64,000 nucleotides of DNA from a bacterium (GTDB lineage Bacteria > Hinthialibacterota > Hinthialibacteria > H5-UNCL2): the NCBI GenBank assembly GCA_015075175.1, contig JABTUV010000012.1, forward strand, positions 36,018 through 100,017, written 5' to 3'. Positions 30,014-39,981 of the stretch are shown piece after piece. Within the stretch, counting starts at the first letter, position 1. Each line of letters opens with the position of its first letter. Under the pieces are notes generated by a model. It ran no database searches. It was not told the origin of the DNA and saw only the letters and a list, made by a program, of their open reading frames with translations. The translations under genes and the position numbers were made by a program.

Positions 30014-30098
30014 GAAATTGGGGTCAGCGCCTATTTTTCCGTCGGGGGCTTCGGGGTTGGTGGGATGCTGGTGAAAAATAGGCGCTGACCCCAATTTC
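30014..30098. promoter_or_regulatory. 25-bp perfect inverted repeat with 35-nt spacer in the intercistronic region (large stem-loop)
   Basis: gaaattggggtcagcgcctattttt (30014-30038) pairs with aaaaataggcgctgaccccaatttc (30074-30098); begins 2 nt after the permease stop and ends 11 nt before the AGGAGG RBS of the next gene. Confidence 0.5.
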
Positions 30099-30114
30099 AC
30101 CCTAGGAGGCGGCC

Positions 30115-31341
30115 ATGAGAAAGTGGATTCCCTTGCTGGTAGTCGTCCTGTGTTTCTCGGTCATCGCCCCCATCCAGCGGCGATATGCCGACCGGCTGGC
30201 GGGGCCGTACAACGACGACCGCATCTATCGCGTGCCCGAGGATCCCCGCATCACCATGGCGTTTTCCTTCGGTTACGACTGCATCTGGGTGGACCTTTTC
30301 TGGTTCCGCATGGTGCAATACTTCGGCGGCAACTACTCGACGTTGCACCGCCCCATCAAGAAGCAGGGCTATCTCAACCTGGCCAACACCATCATCACGT
30401 TGGACCCCGACTTTTACGAGGCGTACGACTTCATCGCATTCACCATCCTCGACGGAGTCAAGGACCAGGAGACGGGGTTGGAGTACTATCGCAAGGCGAT
30501 GGCGCGATTTCCCGACGACTGGACGCTGGCCTACAAGCTGGCGTTCAACCTGACCTACTCGTCGGGAAGCCACACGGAGGCGGACCGGCGCGAGGCCATC
30601 GGGGTGCTGGAGAAGATCATCGAGAGGAATCCACCCGGGATGCCGGACTACGTGCGGCGGCTGCTGGCGCTCCTGAAAGCCGAGCAGCGCGATTACGCCG
30701 GGGCGCTGGTGGGCAGCATCCAGAGTTACGCGCGCAAGCGCCGGGAGCTGAACGAGGCCGACGCCTCCCTCTACCAGCACCAAATCCGGCGCATCATGGT
30801 CTCCTATATTCAGGACAATCTCGAGCGCTGCCTGGCGCAGTATCGCATCGACCATGCCTCCGCCGAGCCGGCCCGGATCGCGGATCTCATCGGCACGAGT
30901 ACGGAGATGCTGGTAGCGGAGTTCGTGCACGATGGGACCGACATCGTGGGGCTGGCGCGCTGCGAGTATGCGCTCGTTCCACTGGCCGAGGTTCCCGAGG
31001 ATCCGCGTGGCGGAAGGTTCGTGTACGTTCCCGTCGACCGGTCCATCCGCAGCACGGTAGACCTCCAGAAGGCCTGGTCGGACCGGATCAACTTCCTGGA
31101 GACGGGCGCGGTGCAAGGTTACAAGAACATCAACGGACGGTTCCCCAACACGTGGGACGAGCTGCTGGTCAACATGTCGCCGGAAGAAGTGAAGGACACG
31201 CGCGAGAACATGCTCAGCGACGGGTTCGGCGGGCGCTACGAGCTCGTGCCGGGGACGGGTAAGGTGGTGCACGTCCTGGACGCGCCCTGGTGGGTGGAGC
31301 AGATGGGGCCGGAGGCGGTGCGCTACGAGGGCGAGCGATGA
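30115..31341 (+). CDS. membrane-anchored hypothetical protein (in operon with the ABC-2 transporter)
   Basis: 408 aa, N-terminal TM helix, AGGAGG RBS; no family recognised. Confidence 0.45.
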   Translation: MRKWIPLLVVVLCFSVIAPIQRRYADRLAGPYNDDRIYRVPEDPRITMAFSFGYDCIWVDLFWFRMVQYFGGNYSTLHRPIKKQGYLNLANTIITLDPDFYEAYDFIAFTILDGVKDQETGLEYYRKAMARFPDDWTLAYKLAFNLTYSSGSHTEADRREAIGVLEKIIERNPPGMPDYVRRLLALLKAEQRDYAGALVGSIQSYARKRRELNEADASLYQHQIRRIMVSYIQDNLERCLAQYRIDHASAEPARIADLIGTSTEMLVAEFVHDGTDIVGLARCEYALVPLAEVPEDPRGGRFVYVPVDRSIRSTVDLQKAWSDRINFLETGAVQGYKNINGRFPNTWDELLVNMSPEEVKDTRENMLSDGFGGRYELVPGTGKVVHVLDAPWWVEQMGPEAVRYEGER

Positions 31342-32347
31342 AGGCGCATCCGACCCTGGCGGTGACCATGGGAGACCCGGCGGGAGTGGGGCCGGAGCTC
31401 TTGCTGGAACTCTCCGACAACTTGGCGCAGCGGCTGGGATGCAACCTGCGCGTGATCGGGGATCCGGCTTTGCTGCGGGTGATCTCGTCGGGGCGTTTTT
31501 CGGCGCCTGCGCCCGGCCTGGAGTCGGGCAGCGCGCGCTGCGGCGTCAGCATCGAGTGTCCGCACGCCCTCAACCTGACCACGCACGCCTTCGGCCGGCC
31601 CACGCCGGAGACGGGCAAGGCCGCCTACGCCTACCTGGAGCGCGCCATCGAGCTGGCGCGCCGCGGCGACGTGGCCGGCATCGTCACGCTGCCGCTTTCC
31701 AAGGAGGCCCTGCACATGGCCGGCTATCTCTATCCCGGCCATACCGAGATCCTGGCGGAAAAGACGGGGACCACGGCGTTTGCGCTCATGCTCTACTCCG
31801 AGCGGCTGCGCATCGTCCATGCCACGGCGCACTTGTCGGTGCGGCAGGCGCTGGCCTCCCTGACCGAGGAGCGGGTACTGGAGGTGATCGAATTGGGGCA
31901 TGGGATGATGAAGCGGCTGTTGGACTATCCTCCGCGCATCGCGGTCGCCGGGCTGAATCCCCACGCCAGTGAAGAGGGGTTGTTCGGCGACGAGGAGGCG
32001 CGCATCATTCGGCCGGCGATGGACGCGGCGATCCGCCGGGGCATTCCGGTCGAGGGGCCGTATCCCCCGGACACGGTCTTCGCCATGGCGATGGGCGGGC
32101 GCTTCGACCTGGTCGTCGCCATGCTGCACGACCACGGGCACGTGGCCTTCAAGACCGCTCTCTTCCGGTTGGGGGACAAGCGCCGCACGCAGGGGGTCAA
32201 CGTGATGCTGGGGCTGCCATTCGTGCGCACCTCGGTGGATCACGGACGGCCTATGACATTGCGGGCCAAGGCAAGGCGGATCCAGGCAGCCTTTTTGACG
32301 CGCTCGAGCTGGCCGCGCGCCTGTGCCGTTCCTCCAACCATTCCTGA
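31338..32347 (+). CDS. pdxA: 4-hydroxythreonine-4-phosphate dehydrogenase, with one apparent single-base deletion near the 3' end
   Basis: N-terminal LAVTMGDPAGVGPEL and HTEILAEKTG are diagnostic. After SVDHG the expected TAYDIAGQGKADPGSLFDALELAARL is found in the +1 frame (ggaacggcc reads ggacggcc). Confidence 0.7.
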
Positions 32348-32664
32348 ATCCTCGTCAGGCCGCAAAAAGAGACGATCCGAGTTCTCGAGTCGTCCGCAAG
32401 AAAAGAAAAACCGAGTTCTCGAGTAGCGTCCGTAAGGACGCGTATCGAGAGAACGGCATGGGCGCGGGGGTGCTGCATGGAGGCCGCCGTGCCTCTCGAT
32501 ACGGCCCCGAAGTTGCGTTTTTTCTCCCACGAGAGTGCGTCGGCGGGGCCTACTCGAGGGCACGGCTCTGGTTTTTCCGCAGTCCGACCCTCCAGGGCAC
32601 GGCTTGCTTTTTTTCGTTCCTGTCAATCCCGTAATCCCGGCAGAACCATCCCGTCCTTCCCGTC
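32337..32664. repeat. noncoding low-complexity region sharing motifs with 18331-18710 (CTCGATACGGCC, CTACTCGAG, CCGAGTTCTCGAGT)
   Basis: 32380-32432 is the reverse complement of 18634-18668; ccgagttctcgagt occurs twice; cctctcgatacggcc at 32494. Confidence 0.5.
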
Positions 32665-34182
32665 TCAGCGCGCAAACGGCAACCCGTCGCGGGTGGAAAA
32701 CACCGGCCCCCGCCTGCCCGTCGGGCGCGTGAAGACGATGGGCGGCGTCATCGGCTCGAAGGGGACCGACACCGAGGCGATCTCCCCCGACACGTCGGCG
32801 CCAAACGTCATGCGCCAGTCGGCGTACCAGAACTCCGTGTCCCAGAGCCTGATCTCCCACTTGAAGGTATCGTAGTGGTAATGCGACATGGGTGCGCTGA
32901 ATTGTCCGAAGGTGCAGACCAACCTGCCTTTCTCCACGCCAAAGGAGATTTTGCCGTAGCCGGGATGCTCGTAGTCGCCCGCATAGTCGGCGAGAGGATG
33001 GGAGGGCCTTGTGCCCTTCTTGCGTTCGGACGCCCAGCGGCGCCGGGCCTGTGCTCCCTTGGCCTCGGCGCTTTGTCGGTTCGCTTTCTGCCGCGCGCTC
33101 CAGTCGATGGGAGAAAGCCCAAGAAAGCGGTCGTAGATGCCCAGCTCGAGGATGATGGGCAGAGGGCTGCCGCCCTGGTTGGTGAAAACCAGCACGGCCA
33201 GGTCGTGGTCGGGCAGCATACCCATGCGCGTGGAGATGCCGTCGATGCCGCCGCTGTGGGCCAGCCGCCGCACGCCGCGATAGGGCGCCACGGACCAGCC
33301 GAGGGCATAGGTCGAGTAGGGTATCTCCGTGGTGGGGTTGGGGATGGGCGCGACCGTCTGAGGCCGGTAGGTCTCCTCCAGACAGGCGCGCGAAATCAAC
33401 TCCCTTCCGTCATGCCTGCCGTGCGCCAGGTGCAGTCTGGCCCACGCCAGCATGTCGCGGAGGCTGGAGTTGATCGAGCCCGCCGGTCCGATGCTGTCGA
33501 TGGAGACGATGGGCACGGCCCGCAGACTTCCCCGGTACAGCATGTACGGCACGACCAGATTGGGATCGCGCCGGGCGGCGGCGATGTCCACGGTCGTGCC
33601 GGTCATACCCAAGGGCGTGAAAAGGCGCTCGGTTACGAACTCCTCCCAGGTTTTGCCGGCGAGCTCTTCGATGAGAAGACCCGCGACCATGTACATGAGG
33701 TTGTTGTACTGATAGACGGCGCGGAAGTCGGCGAAGGGATCCAGGTAGCGCAGGCGCTGGTAGAGTTCGCGTCGATGCCACAGGTCGCTGTACCAGAACA
33801 TCTCGTGGCGAGGCAGTCCGCAGCGATGGCAGAGGAGGTCGCGGGGGGTCATGCGCTCGGTTGCGACCGGGTCCTTGAGCTGGAAGTCCGGCAAATAAGC
33901 GCGCAGCGGACGGTCCCATTCCAGGCGCCCCTCGTCCACCAGCATCCCCAAGAGCGCGCTCGTGAACGCCTTGGTCAGCGAGCAGATGGGAAAGATGGTG
34001 TCGGGATCGACGGGCAGCCTTTTCTTCACGTTGCGGAAGCCGTAACCCTTGCAGAGAACCACCTCGTCGCGATGCAGGACGGCCAGGCAAAGGCCGGGCA
34101 CGTCCCAGTCGCACATGAGGCGTCGGGCCCAGGCGTCAAAGCCGTTCCAGGGCGAAGTCGAGACGGACTTGGAGGCGGTCAT
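32665..34182 (-). CDS. serine hydrolase, beta-lactamase/PBP-like (class C fold) with C-terminal beta-barrel domain
   Basis: Start MTASKSV at 34182; S-x-x-K motif ICSLTKAFT, YxN-like YNN, HSGG (KTG-like) motif. Confidence 0.65.
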   Translation of the reverse strand: MTASKSVSTSPWNGFDAWARRLMCDWDVPGLCLAVLHRDEVVLCKGYGFRNVKKRLPVDPDTIFPICSLTKAFTSALLGMLVDEGRLEWDRPLRAYLPDFQLKDPVATERMTPRDLLCHRCGLPRHEMFWYSDLWHRRELYQRLRYLDPFADFRAVYQYNNLMYMVAGLLIEELAGKTWEEFVTERLFTPLGMTGTTVDIAAARRDPNLVVPYMLYRGSLRAVPIVSIDSIGPAGSINSSLRDMLAWARLHLAHGRHDGRELISRACLEETYRPQTVAPIPNPTTEIPYSTYALGWSVAPYRGVRRLAHSGGIDGISTRMGMLPDHDLAVLVFTNQGGSPLPIILELGIYDRFLGLSPIDWSARQKANRQSAEAKGAQARRRWASERKKGTRPSHPLADYAGDYEHPGYGKISFGVEKGRLVCTFGQFSAPMSHYHYDTFKWEIRLWDTEFWYADWRMTFGADVSGEIASVSVPFEPMTPPIVFTRPTGRRGPVFSTRDGLPFAR

Positions 34183-34337
34183 GCCACTCTCTCCCGCAGG
34201 ATGGAATGGCGGGACTATAAGAGGAACGCGCGGGGATGCAAAGGGGAAAGTCCACATGCCTCTCCATTGACACCTCCGAACCATGCTGATAGCTTCAAAC
34301 CCGCGATAACGTTGCAGACAGGGAGTTCTCCGCGCGC

Positions 34338-35570
34338 ATGGCGGACTTGCGTTTTGTGACCGCGGGCGAGTCGCATGGACCGCAGCTGACGGGCGTCATC
34401 GAGGGCCTGCCGGCGGGTCTGCCGGTGTCGATTGAGGCGATAAACCGGCAGCTGGCGCGACGGCAGCGGGGCTATGGCCGCGGGGGGCGCATGAAGATCG
34501 AAAAGGACGAGGTCGAGATCGTCGGCGGGGTGCGTTGGGGCGAGACGCTGGGCGGGCCGGTCGCGTTGGTGGTCAGGAACCGCGACTGGGAGAACTGGAA
34601 GACGCGCATGTCGCCCGACCCCGCGCACAAGGGTGAGGCGGAGAGCGTGGATCGCCCGCGGCCCGGTCACGCCGACTTGGCGGGGGTGCTCAAGTACGCC
34701 CGCGAGGACGTGCGCGATATTCTGGAGCGCGCCTCCGCGCGCGAGACCACCATGCGCGTGGCCATCGGGGGCCTGGTGCGACAAATGCTGGAACTCTTCG
34801 GCATCCGGCTGGTCGGCTACGTGGTCGAGATGGGCGCGCACAAACCGCAATGCGACATAGGTTCGCTTTCGTTTGAGGAGAAGGCGGCGCGCAGCGAGGC
34901 CTCGCCCGTGCGCTGCCTCTGCCCGGAACAGGAGAAGGACATCGTCGCCGAAATCGATCGCATCACCGGCAGCGACACGCTGGGCGGCATCTACCAGGTG
35001 GAGGCGCACGGCCTGCCCATCGGACTGGGGAGCCACGTGCAATGGCACACCAAGCTGGATGCGCGACTGGCGGCGGCGATGCTCTCCATCCAGGCGCACA
35101 AGGGGGTCGAGTTCGGGCTGGGGTTTGAGGCGGCGCGGCGCCTGGGCAGCCAGGTGCACGACGAAATCATCGTCGAGGACGGTCGCATCACGCGCGCCAG
35201 CGACCACGCGGGCGGCCTGGAGGGAGGCATGACCAACGGGCAGGTGTTGATCGTGCGCGCCGCCATGAAGCCCATCTCGACGCTGGCGCGCCCGCTGCGC
35301 TCGGTCAATCTGAAGACGCGCAGCGAGGAGTCGGCCGCCTACGAGCGCAGCGACGTGACCGCCGTGCCCGCCGCCGCCGTCATCGGCGAAAACGTGGTCG
35401 CCTGGGAGATCGCGCGGGCCATGGTCGAGAAGTTCGGCGGCGACAGCCTCTCGGAGATGCGCCGCAACTATGACGGGTACATGGCTGAAGTGGCGAAGCG
35501 GCTGGACCTGCGCAAGATTTCTCGCTGCGCTCGAAATGACAAGGTCGATGGGCCGACATCGCAGCCATGA
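34338..35570 (+). CDS. aroC: chorismate synthase
   Basis: MADLRFVTAGESHGPQLTGVIEGLPAGL..GRSSARETT-like motifs are diagnostic; stop overlaps the aroB start (ATGA). Confidence 0.85.
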   Translation: MADLRFVTAGESHGPQLTGVIEGLPAGLPVSIEAINRQLARRQRGYGRGGRMKIEKDEVEIVGGVRWGETLGGPVALVVRNRDWENWKTRMSPDPAHKGEAESVDRPRPGHADLAGVLKYAREDVRDILERASARETTMRVAIGGLVRQMLELFGIRLVGYVVEMGAHKPQCDIGSLSFEEKAARSEASPVRCLCPEQEKDIVAEIDRITGSDTLGGIYQVEAHGLPIGLGSHVQWHTKLDARLAAAMLSIQAHKGVEFGLGFEAARRLGSQVHDEIIVEDGRITRASDHAGGLEGGMTNGQVLIVRAAMKPISTLARPLRSVNLKTRSEESAAYERSDVTAVPAAAVIGENVVAWEIARAMVEKFGGDSLSEMRRNYDGYMAEVAKRLDLRKISRCARNDKVDGPTSQP

Positions 35571-36658
35571 CCGCTTCTACGACCGTGCGCGTTGATCTGG
35601 GAGAGCGCAGCTACGACATCGTGGTGGGCGCGGGCATCCTCTCCGGCCTGGGCGAAGCGGCGGCCGGACTGGGAATGGGCCGGCGCGCCATGCTCATCTC
35701 CGACTCCAACGTCATGCCGCTTTACGGCGCGGCGGTCCGCGAGAGTTTTTCCGCCGCGGGCTTCACGGTCCACGAGGCCGTGTTTCCCGCCGGCGAGGAG
35801 CACAAGAACCTGTCTACGGTTTCCCGACTCTATGACGCCATGGCCGAGGCGGGGCTGGATCGCCGGAGCAGCGTGATCGCGCTGGGCGGCGGGGTCGTGG
35901 GCGACGTGGCGGGCTTCGCCGCGGCGACTTTTCTGCGCGGCCTGCACTACCTGCAGGTTCCCACCACTCTGCTGGCGCAAGTGGACAGCAGCGTCGGCGG
36001 CAAGACGGGCGTGGATCATCCGCGCGGCAAGAACTACATCGGCGCGTTTCATCAACCGCGGCTGGTCGGCATCGACCTGGCGACGCTGGCTACGCTGCCG
36101 GCGCGCGAGGTGCGGGCGGGGCTGGCGGAGGTCGTCAAGTACGGGGTGATCTGGGACGCGGAACTCTTCGCCCGCATCGAGTCCTGTCTGTCGCAGCTAT
36201 TGGCGCTGGATGAGCGCGCGCTGGCGCCCATCGTCGCCGAGTGTTGCCGTATCAAGGCGGAAGTGGTCAGCCGCGACGAGCGCGAGTCGGGCCTGCGCGG
36301 CATTCTCAACTTCGGCCATACGCTGGGCCACGCGCTGGAGTCGCTCACCGGCTACCGGACCTACCTGCACGGCGAGGCCATCTCCATCGGGATGGTCTTT
36401 GCGTGCCGGCTGGCGGAGCGGTTGGGGATGCTCGAGCCGGCGACGACCGCGCGCCTGCGCGCTCTGCTGGAGCAAACCGGCCTGCCGGTGGAAATGCCGG
36501 CAATAGACGCGGACGCGCTGCTGGTGCTGATGCGCGGGGATAAGAAGGCGCGCGACGGCCGCCTCAACTTCATTCTGCCCACGCGTATCGGCGCGGTGCA
36601 ACTGGTCCCGGAGGTTGACGAGGGACGGGTACGCCGCACGCTGGAAGACAGACTCTGA
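35567..36658 (+). CDS. aroB: 3-dehydroquinate synthase
   Basis: GGGVVGDVAGFAAATFLRG, VDSSVGGKTG and HTLGHALE metal-site motifs. Confidence 0.85.
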   Translation: MTASTTVRVDLGERSYDIVVGAGILSGLGEAAAGLGMGRRAMLISDSNVMPLYGAAVRESFSAAGFTVHEAVFPAGEEHKNLSTVSRLYDAMAEAGLDRRSSVIALGGGVVGDVAGFAAATFLRGLHYLQVPTTLLAQVDSSVGGKTGVDHPRGKNYIGAFHQPRLVGIDLATLATLPAREVRAGLAEVVKYGVIWDAELFARIESCLSQLLALDERALAPIVAECCRIKAEVVSRDERESGLRGILNFGHTLGHALESLTGYRTYLHGEAISIGMVFACRLAERLGMLEPATTARLRALLEQTGLPVEMPAIDADALLVLMRGDKKARDGRLNFILPTRIGAVQLVPEVDEGRVRRTLEDRL

Positions 36659-36732
36659 GCCGCGACCGTCAGGGAGCGGGTGAAGAGAACCCGCTTGCTG
36701 ACGCGCGCGGCTCGGTCCATGCCTCATGGGCC

Positions 36733-37266
36733 TTACCCCGACGGAATCTCCTCCAGCGGCAACAGTTCCACCAGTCCCGTCTCGGCCATCTCGCGTCCGG
36801 TCAGGAAGCGGAACTCATTGATGAATTGCGAGAACTGCTCCGAGCCGTTGCCGAAGAGGCGCTTCTGCAGCTGGTCGAACTCACCCTCCAGGCGGGAAAA
36901 GTACTTTCCCCAGGAGGCGGCCTCGCGCGCGTCCACGCCCTCGCCGCTCTCCCATTTCATGGGGTGAAAGAAAAACGTTGCGTAGGGCGCGGCCAGCCGC
37001 TTCCGGCACGCCGCCAGGATCAACAGCGCCGACGACGAGCACTCGCCCACCACGATCCCCGTGGCATTGATGCGACGATGCAGGATGGTCGTGGTAATCG
37101 CCATGCTGCTGTACGTGGAGCCGCCGGAGCAGTCGATGTATAAGACGCACTCCTGGCCGGGCGCCAGCTCCAGGAGCGCGGAGAGGATGTCCTTTTCGCA
37201 GTCTTCCACCGCGCCCACCAGGGGCAGCTCGACGACGGGATGACGGCGGGATCGGTGCAGGTTCAT
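36733..37266 (-). CDS. ClpP/crotonase-fold serine protease family protein (ClpP-like)
   Basis: 177 aa; IDCSGGSTYSSMAI resembles the ClpP IDSPGGS motif; Ser and His in conserved positions; shorter than canonical ClpP. Confidence 0.5.
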   Translation of the reverse strand: MNLHRSRRHPVVELPLVGAVEDCEKDILSALLELAPGQECVLYIDCSGGSTYSSMAITTTILHRRINATGIVVGECSSSALLILAACRKRLAAPYATFFFHPMKWESGEGVDAREAASWGKYFSRLEGEFDQLQKRLFGNGSEQFSQFINEFRFLTGREMAETGLVELLPLEEIPSG

Positions 37267-37267
37267 G

Positions 37268-38566
37268 TCAGTGGAGGAAATCCCGCGGGTCGGTGATCTC
37301 GCCGGTGATGGCGGAGGCGGCGACGGTGAGGGGCGAGGCCAAAAAGACCTGGGCCGCCTTGCTGCCCATGCGCCCGGGAAAGTTGCGGTTGGTGGTGCTG
37401 ATGCACTTCTCGGCGCCCATCAGCCGGCCGAAGGTGTCATCGGGGCCGCCCAGACAGGCGGCGCAACTGGCCTCGCCGAACTTGGCCCCGGCCGCGCGCA
37501 GAATCTCCTCCACGCTTCGCCCGTCCACCTTCACCTCTTTGAGCCGGCGCGCCACTTCGGTGGTGGCGGGCACGGCGAAGGTGTCGATGCGCACCTCCCG
37601 CCCTTGGAGGATGGTCGCCGCGGCCACGAAGTCCTCCAGCTTGCCGCCGGTGCAACTGCCGATATAGGCGCGATCCAGCTTGGTACCGCGAAGGTTGCGC
37701 GCGGTGTCGCGATGATCAGGCGAATGCGGCTTGGCGACCGTCGGCTCGACTTTGCCGGCATCGAAGCGGAACTCGAAACAGAACTTCGCGTCGCGATCGT
37801 TTTCCACCGGCTCGAAGGGTCTGTCGGTGCGCGCGCGCACGTATTCCTCGGTAGTCCGGTCGCAGGGGACGATGCCGTTCTTTCCCCCCGCCTCGATGAC
37901 CATGTTGCAGAGCGTCATGCGGTCCTCGATGCCGCCGGCCATGACGCAGTCGCCGCAGAACTCCATCGCCTTGTAGGTCGCGCCGTCCACGCCGATCTCG
38001 CCGATGATGTGGAGGATCAAGTCCTTGGCCATGAGATAGGGCGGCAGGGCGCCGTCGATGATGAAGCGCATGGTGGGCGGGACCTTCACCCAGGTCTTGC
38101 CCGTGCCCATGATGAAGGCGGCGTCGGTGTTGCCCACGCCGGTCGCAAACTGGTTGAACGCCCCCGCCGTGCAGGTGTGGCTGTCGGTTCCGATCAGCAC
38201 CTCGCCCGGGCGGGTGTGCCCTTCTTCCGGCAGCGCGATGTGGCAGACACCCTTGTAGCGGGGGGTACCCACGTCGTAGAAGTACGGCAGCTGCTGCTCG
38301 CGCGCGATCCGGCGCAGGATTTCCACGTTGCGGTTGGCGTGCGGATCGTGGGTGAAGATGTAATGGTCGGGAATCAGCACGACTTTCTGCCGGTCCCAGA
38401 CTTTGGCGTTGTCTCCGAACTTCTTCTTGAAGATGCCATACGTCCCCGGCCCGCAGACGTCGTGCGTCATCAGCACGTCCACGTTGATCCAGATATTCTC
38501 ACCCGGCGCCACCGATGCCTTGCCGGCGTGGCGGGCCAGGATTTTTTCCGTCATGGTCATGCCCAT
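37268..38566 (-). CDS. 3-isopropylmalate dehydratase/homoaconitase large subunit (aconitase family)
   Basis: Aconitase-family motifs VLMTHDVCGP, GTDSHT, Fe-S ligand cysteines (CTAG, GSCTGG, CAACLGG); no adjacent small-subunit gene. Confidence 0.75.
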   Translation of the reverse strand: MGMTMTEKILARHAGKASVAPGENIWINVDVLMTHDVCGPGTYGIFKKKFGDNAKVWDRQKVVLIPDHYIFTHDPHANRNVEILRRIAREQQLPYFYDVGTPRYKGVCHIALPEEGHTRPGEVLIGTDSHTCTAGAFNQFATGVGNTDAAFIMGTGKTWVKVPPTMRFIIDGALPPYLMAKDLILHIIGEIGVDGATYKAMEFCGDCVMAGGIEDRMTLCNMVIEAGGKNGIVPCDRTTEEYVRARTDRPFEPVENDRDAKFCFEFRFDAGKVEPTVAKPHSPDHRDTARNLRGTKLDRAYIGSCTGGKLEDFVAAATILQGREVRIDTFAVPATTEVARRLKEVKVDGRSVEEILRAAGAKFGEASCAACLGGPDDTFGRLMGAEKCISTTNRNFPGRMGSKAAQVFLASPLTVAASAITGEITDPRDFLH

Positions 38567-38721
38567 GAATGTTCATCCTCCATCGCCCCGTTGGGGGCAG
38601 CTCGAAGCTCTATTATGGCGCGGGTGGGCGGGGAGTGTCAATCGCCTTGCCGGTCCGATTTCCGCTTGACCGCTTCATGGCCCGCGTTCAACATGAGACC
38701 AACGTCGCAGGGGGAATCGCC

Positions 38722-39981
38722 ATGATCCGGCGCATCGAAGCGCTCGGTTATCGATGCCTGAGGTACCTGAGCCAGGACTTGGACCGATTCCAGGTTCTGG
38801 TAGGACCGAACGGTTCAGGCAAAAGCACGTTTCTCGACGTCGTGGGTTTTCTGAGTGATTTGGTCAATCACGGACCCGAGAAGGCGGTCGGTTTTCGCAC
38901 TGAGGATTATCACGACCTCGTGTGGGGGCGGGCGGGCGAACGTTGGGAGCTGGCGCTGGAATTGGAGATTCCCGCCGCCCGCCGGGCGCTCCTTGATGGG
39001 CAGGCGTTCGATCGCGTGCGATACGAAGCCGCCCTTGGCCTGGATGCGGCGACCGGCGCGTTGGCGATTCTCGCTGAAAAGGTCCTCCTGAAAGACAGCC
39101 GGCGGGAGCAGCGCATCCACGCGCCGGTTGAAACAACACTCTTTCCCGTAGTCCGAGAGCAGCCCGAGACCATCCTGACTACCAAGGTTGCCAAGAACAC
39201 CAAGACCGTGGTGAATAAAGTACCCGGCAGCAACGACAACTTCTACGACGAAACGGGAAGGGGCTGGGACCACGCCTTCAAGCTGGGCCCGCTGAAATCC
39301 GCGCTCGGGAACCTGCCGGACGATGAATCGAAGTTTCCCGTCTCCACCTGGCTGAAGGCGATGCTCTTGGACGGCGTGCAGCGCCTTACTTTGAATAGCG
39401 AGCTGATGCGCCGCCCCAGCCGCCCGGGACAACCGCGCCAGTTTCGCCCCGATGGTTCCAATCTGCCCTGGGTCGTCCACAAGCTGCGTCACGACGATCC
39501 GGTCCGATTTCACGAGTGGGTCCGCCACGTTCAGACGGCGCTGCCCGAGGTGAGCGACATCGATACCGAGGAGAGGGCCGAGGACCGCAGCCGCTATCTG
39601 GTGCTTCGCTACGGGCGGGAGCTGGCCGTGCCGTCCTGGGCCGTTTCAGACGGTACGCTGCGTCTCCTGGCACTCACGCTGCCCGCCTATCTGAAGAACC
39701 TTGAAGGCGTGTTCCTGATCGAAGAGCCGGAGAACGGCATTCATCCGCGCGCCGTCGAGACCATGCTGCAGTCGCTCTCCGCCGTCTACGATGCGCAGGT
39801 TCTTCTGGCGACCCATTCACCGGTTATTCTGAGCATGGCTGAACCGTCGCAGATTCTGTGTTTTTCCAGGACCGAGAGCGGCGTCGTGGACGTGGTGCGC
39901 GGGAACGAGCATCCCGCGCTGCGCGACTGGCGCCGCGAAACGAGCCTGGGAGTTCTGTTTGCCGGCGGAGTGCTGGGGTGA
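38722..39981 (+). CDS. AAA family ATPase (AAA_21/ABC-type, OLD/Abi-like)
   Basis: Walker A VLVGPNGSGKST near the N-terminus, Q-loop, Walker B-like FLIEEPENGIHP and LLATHSP near the C-terminus; an SMC/ABC-like ATPase with the Walker motifs split. Confidence 0.65.
   Translation: MIRRIEALGYRCLRYLSQDLDRFQVLVGPNGSGKSTFLDVVGFLSDLVNHGPEKAVGFRTEDYHDLVWGRAGERWELALELEIPAARRALLDGQAFDRVRYEAALGLDAATGALAILAEKVLLKDSRREQRIHAPVETTLFPVVREQPETILTTKVAKNTKTVVNKVPGSNDNFYDETGRGWDHAFKLGPLKSALGNLPDDESKFPVSTWLKAMLLDGVQRLTLNSELMRRPSRPGQPRQFRPDGSNLPWVVHKLRHDDPVRFHEWVRHVQTALPEVSDIDTEERAEDRSRYLVLRYGRELAVPSWAVSDGTLRLLALTLPAYLKNLEGVFLIEEPENGIHPRAVETMLQSLSAVYDAQVLLATHSPVILSMAEPSQILCFSRTESGVVDVVRGNEHPALRDWRRETSLGVLFAGGVLG

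Noticed and set aside
36733-37266. 177-aa gene downstream of leuC as the missing small subunit LeuD
   Set aside because: The sequence lacks LeuD/aconitase swivel-domain motifs and instead resembles the ClpP IDSxGGS block.
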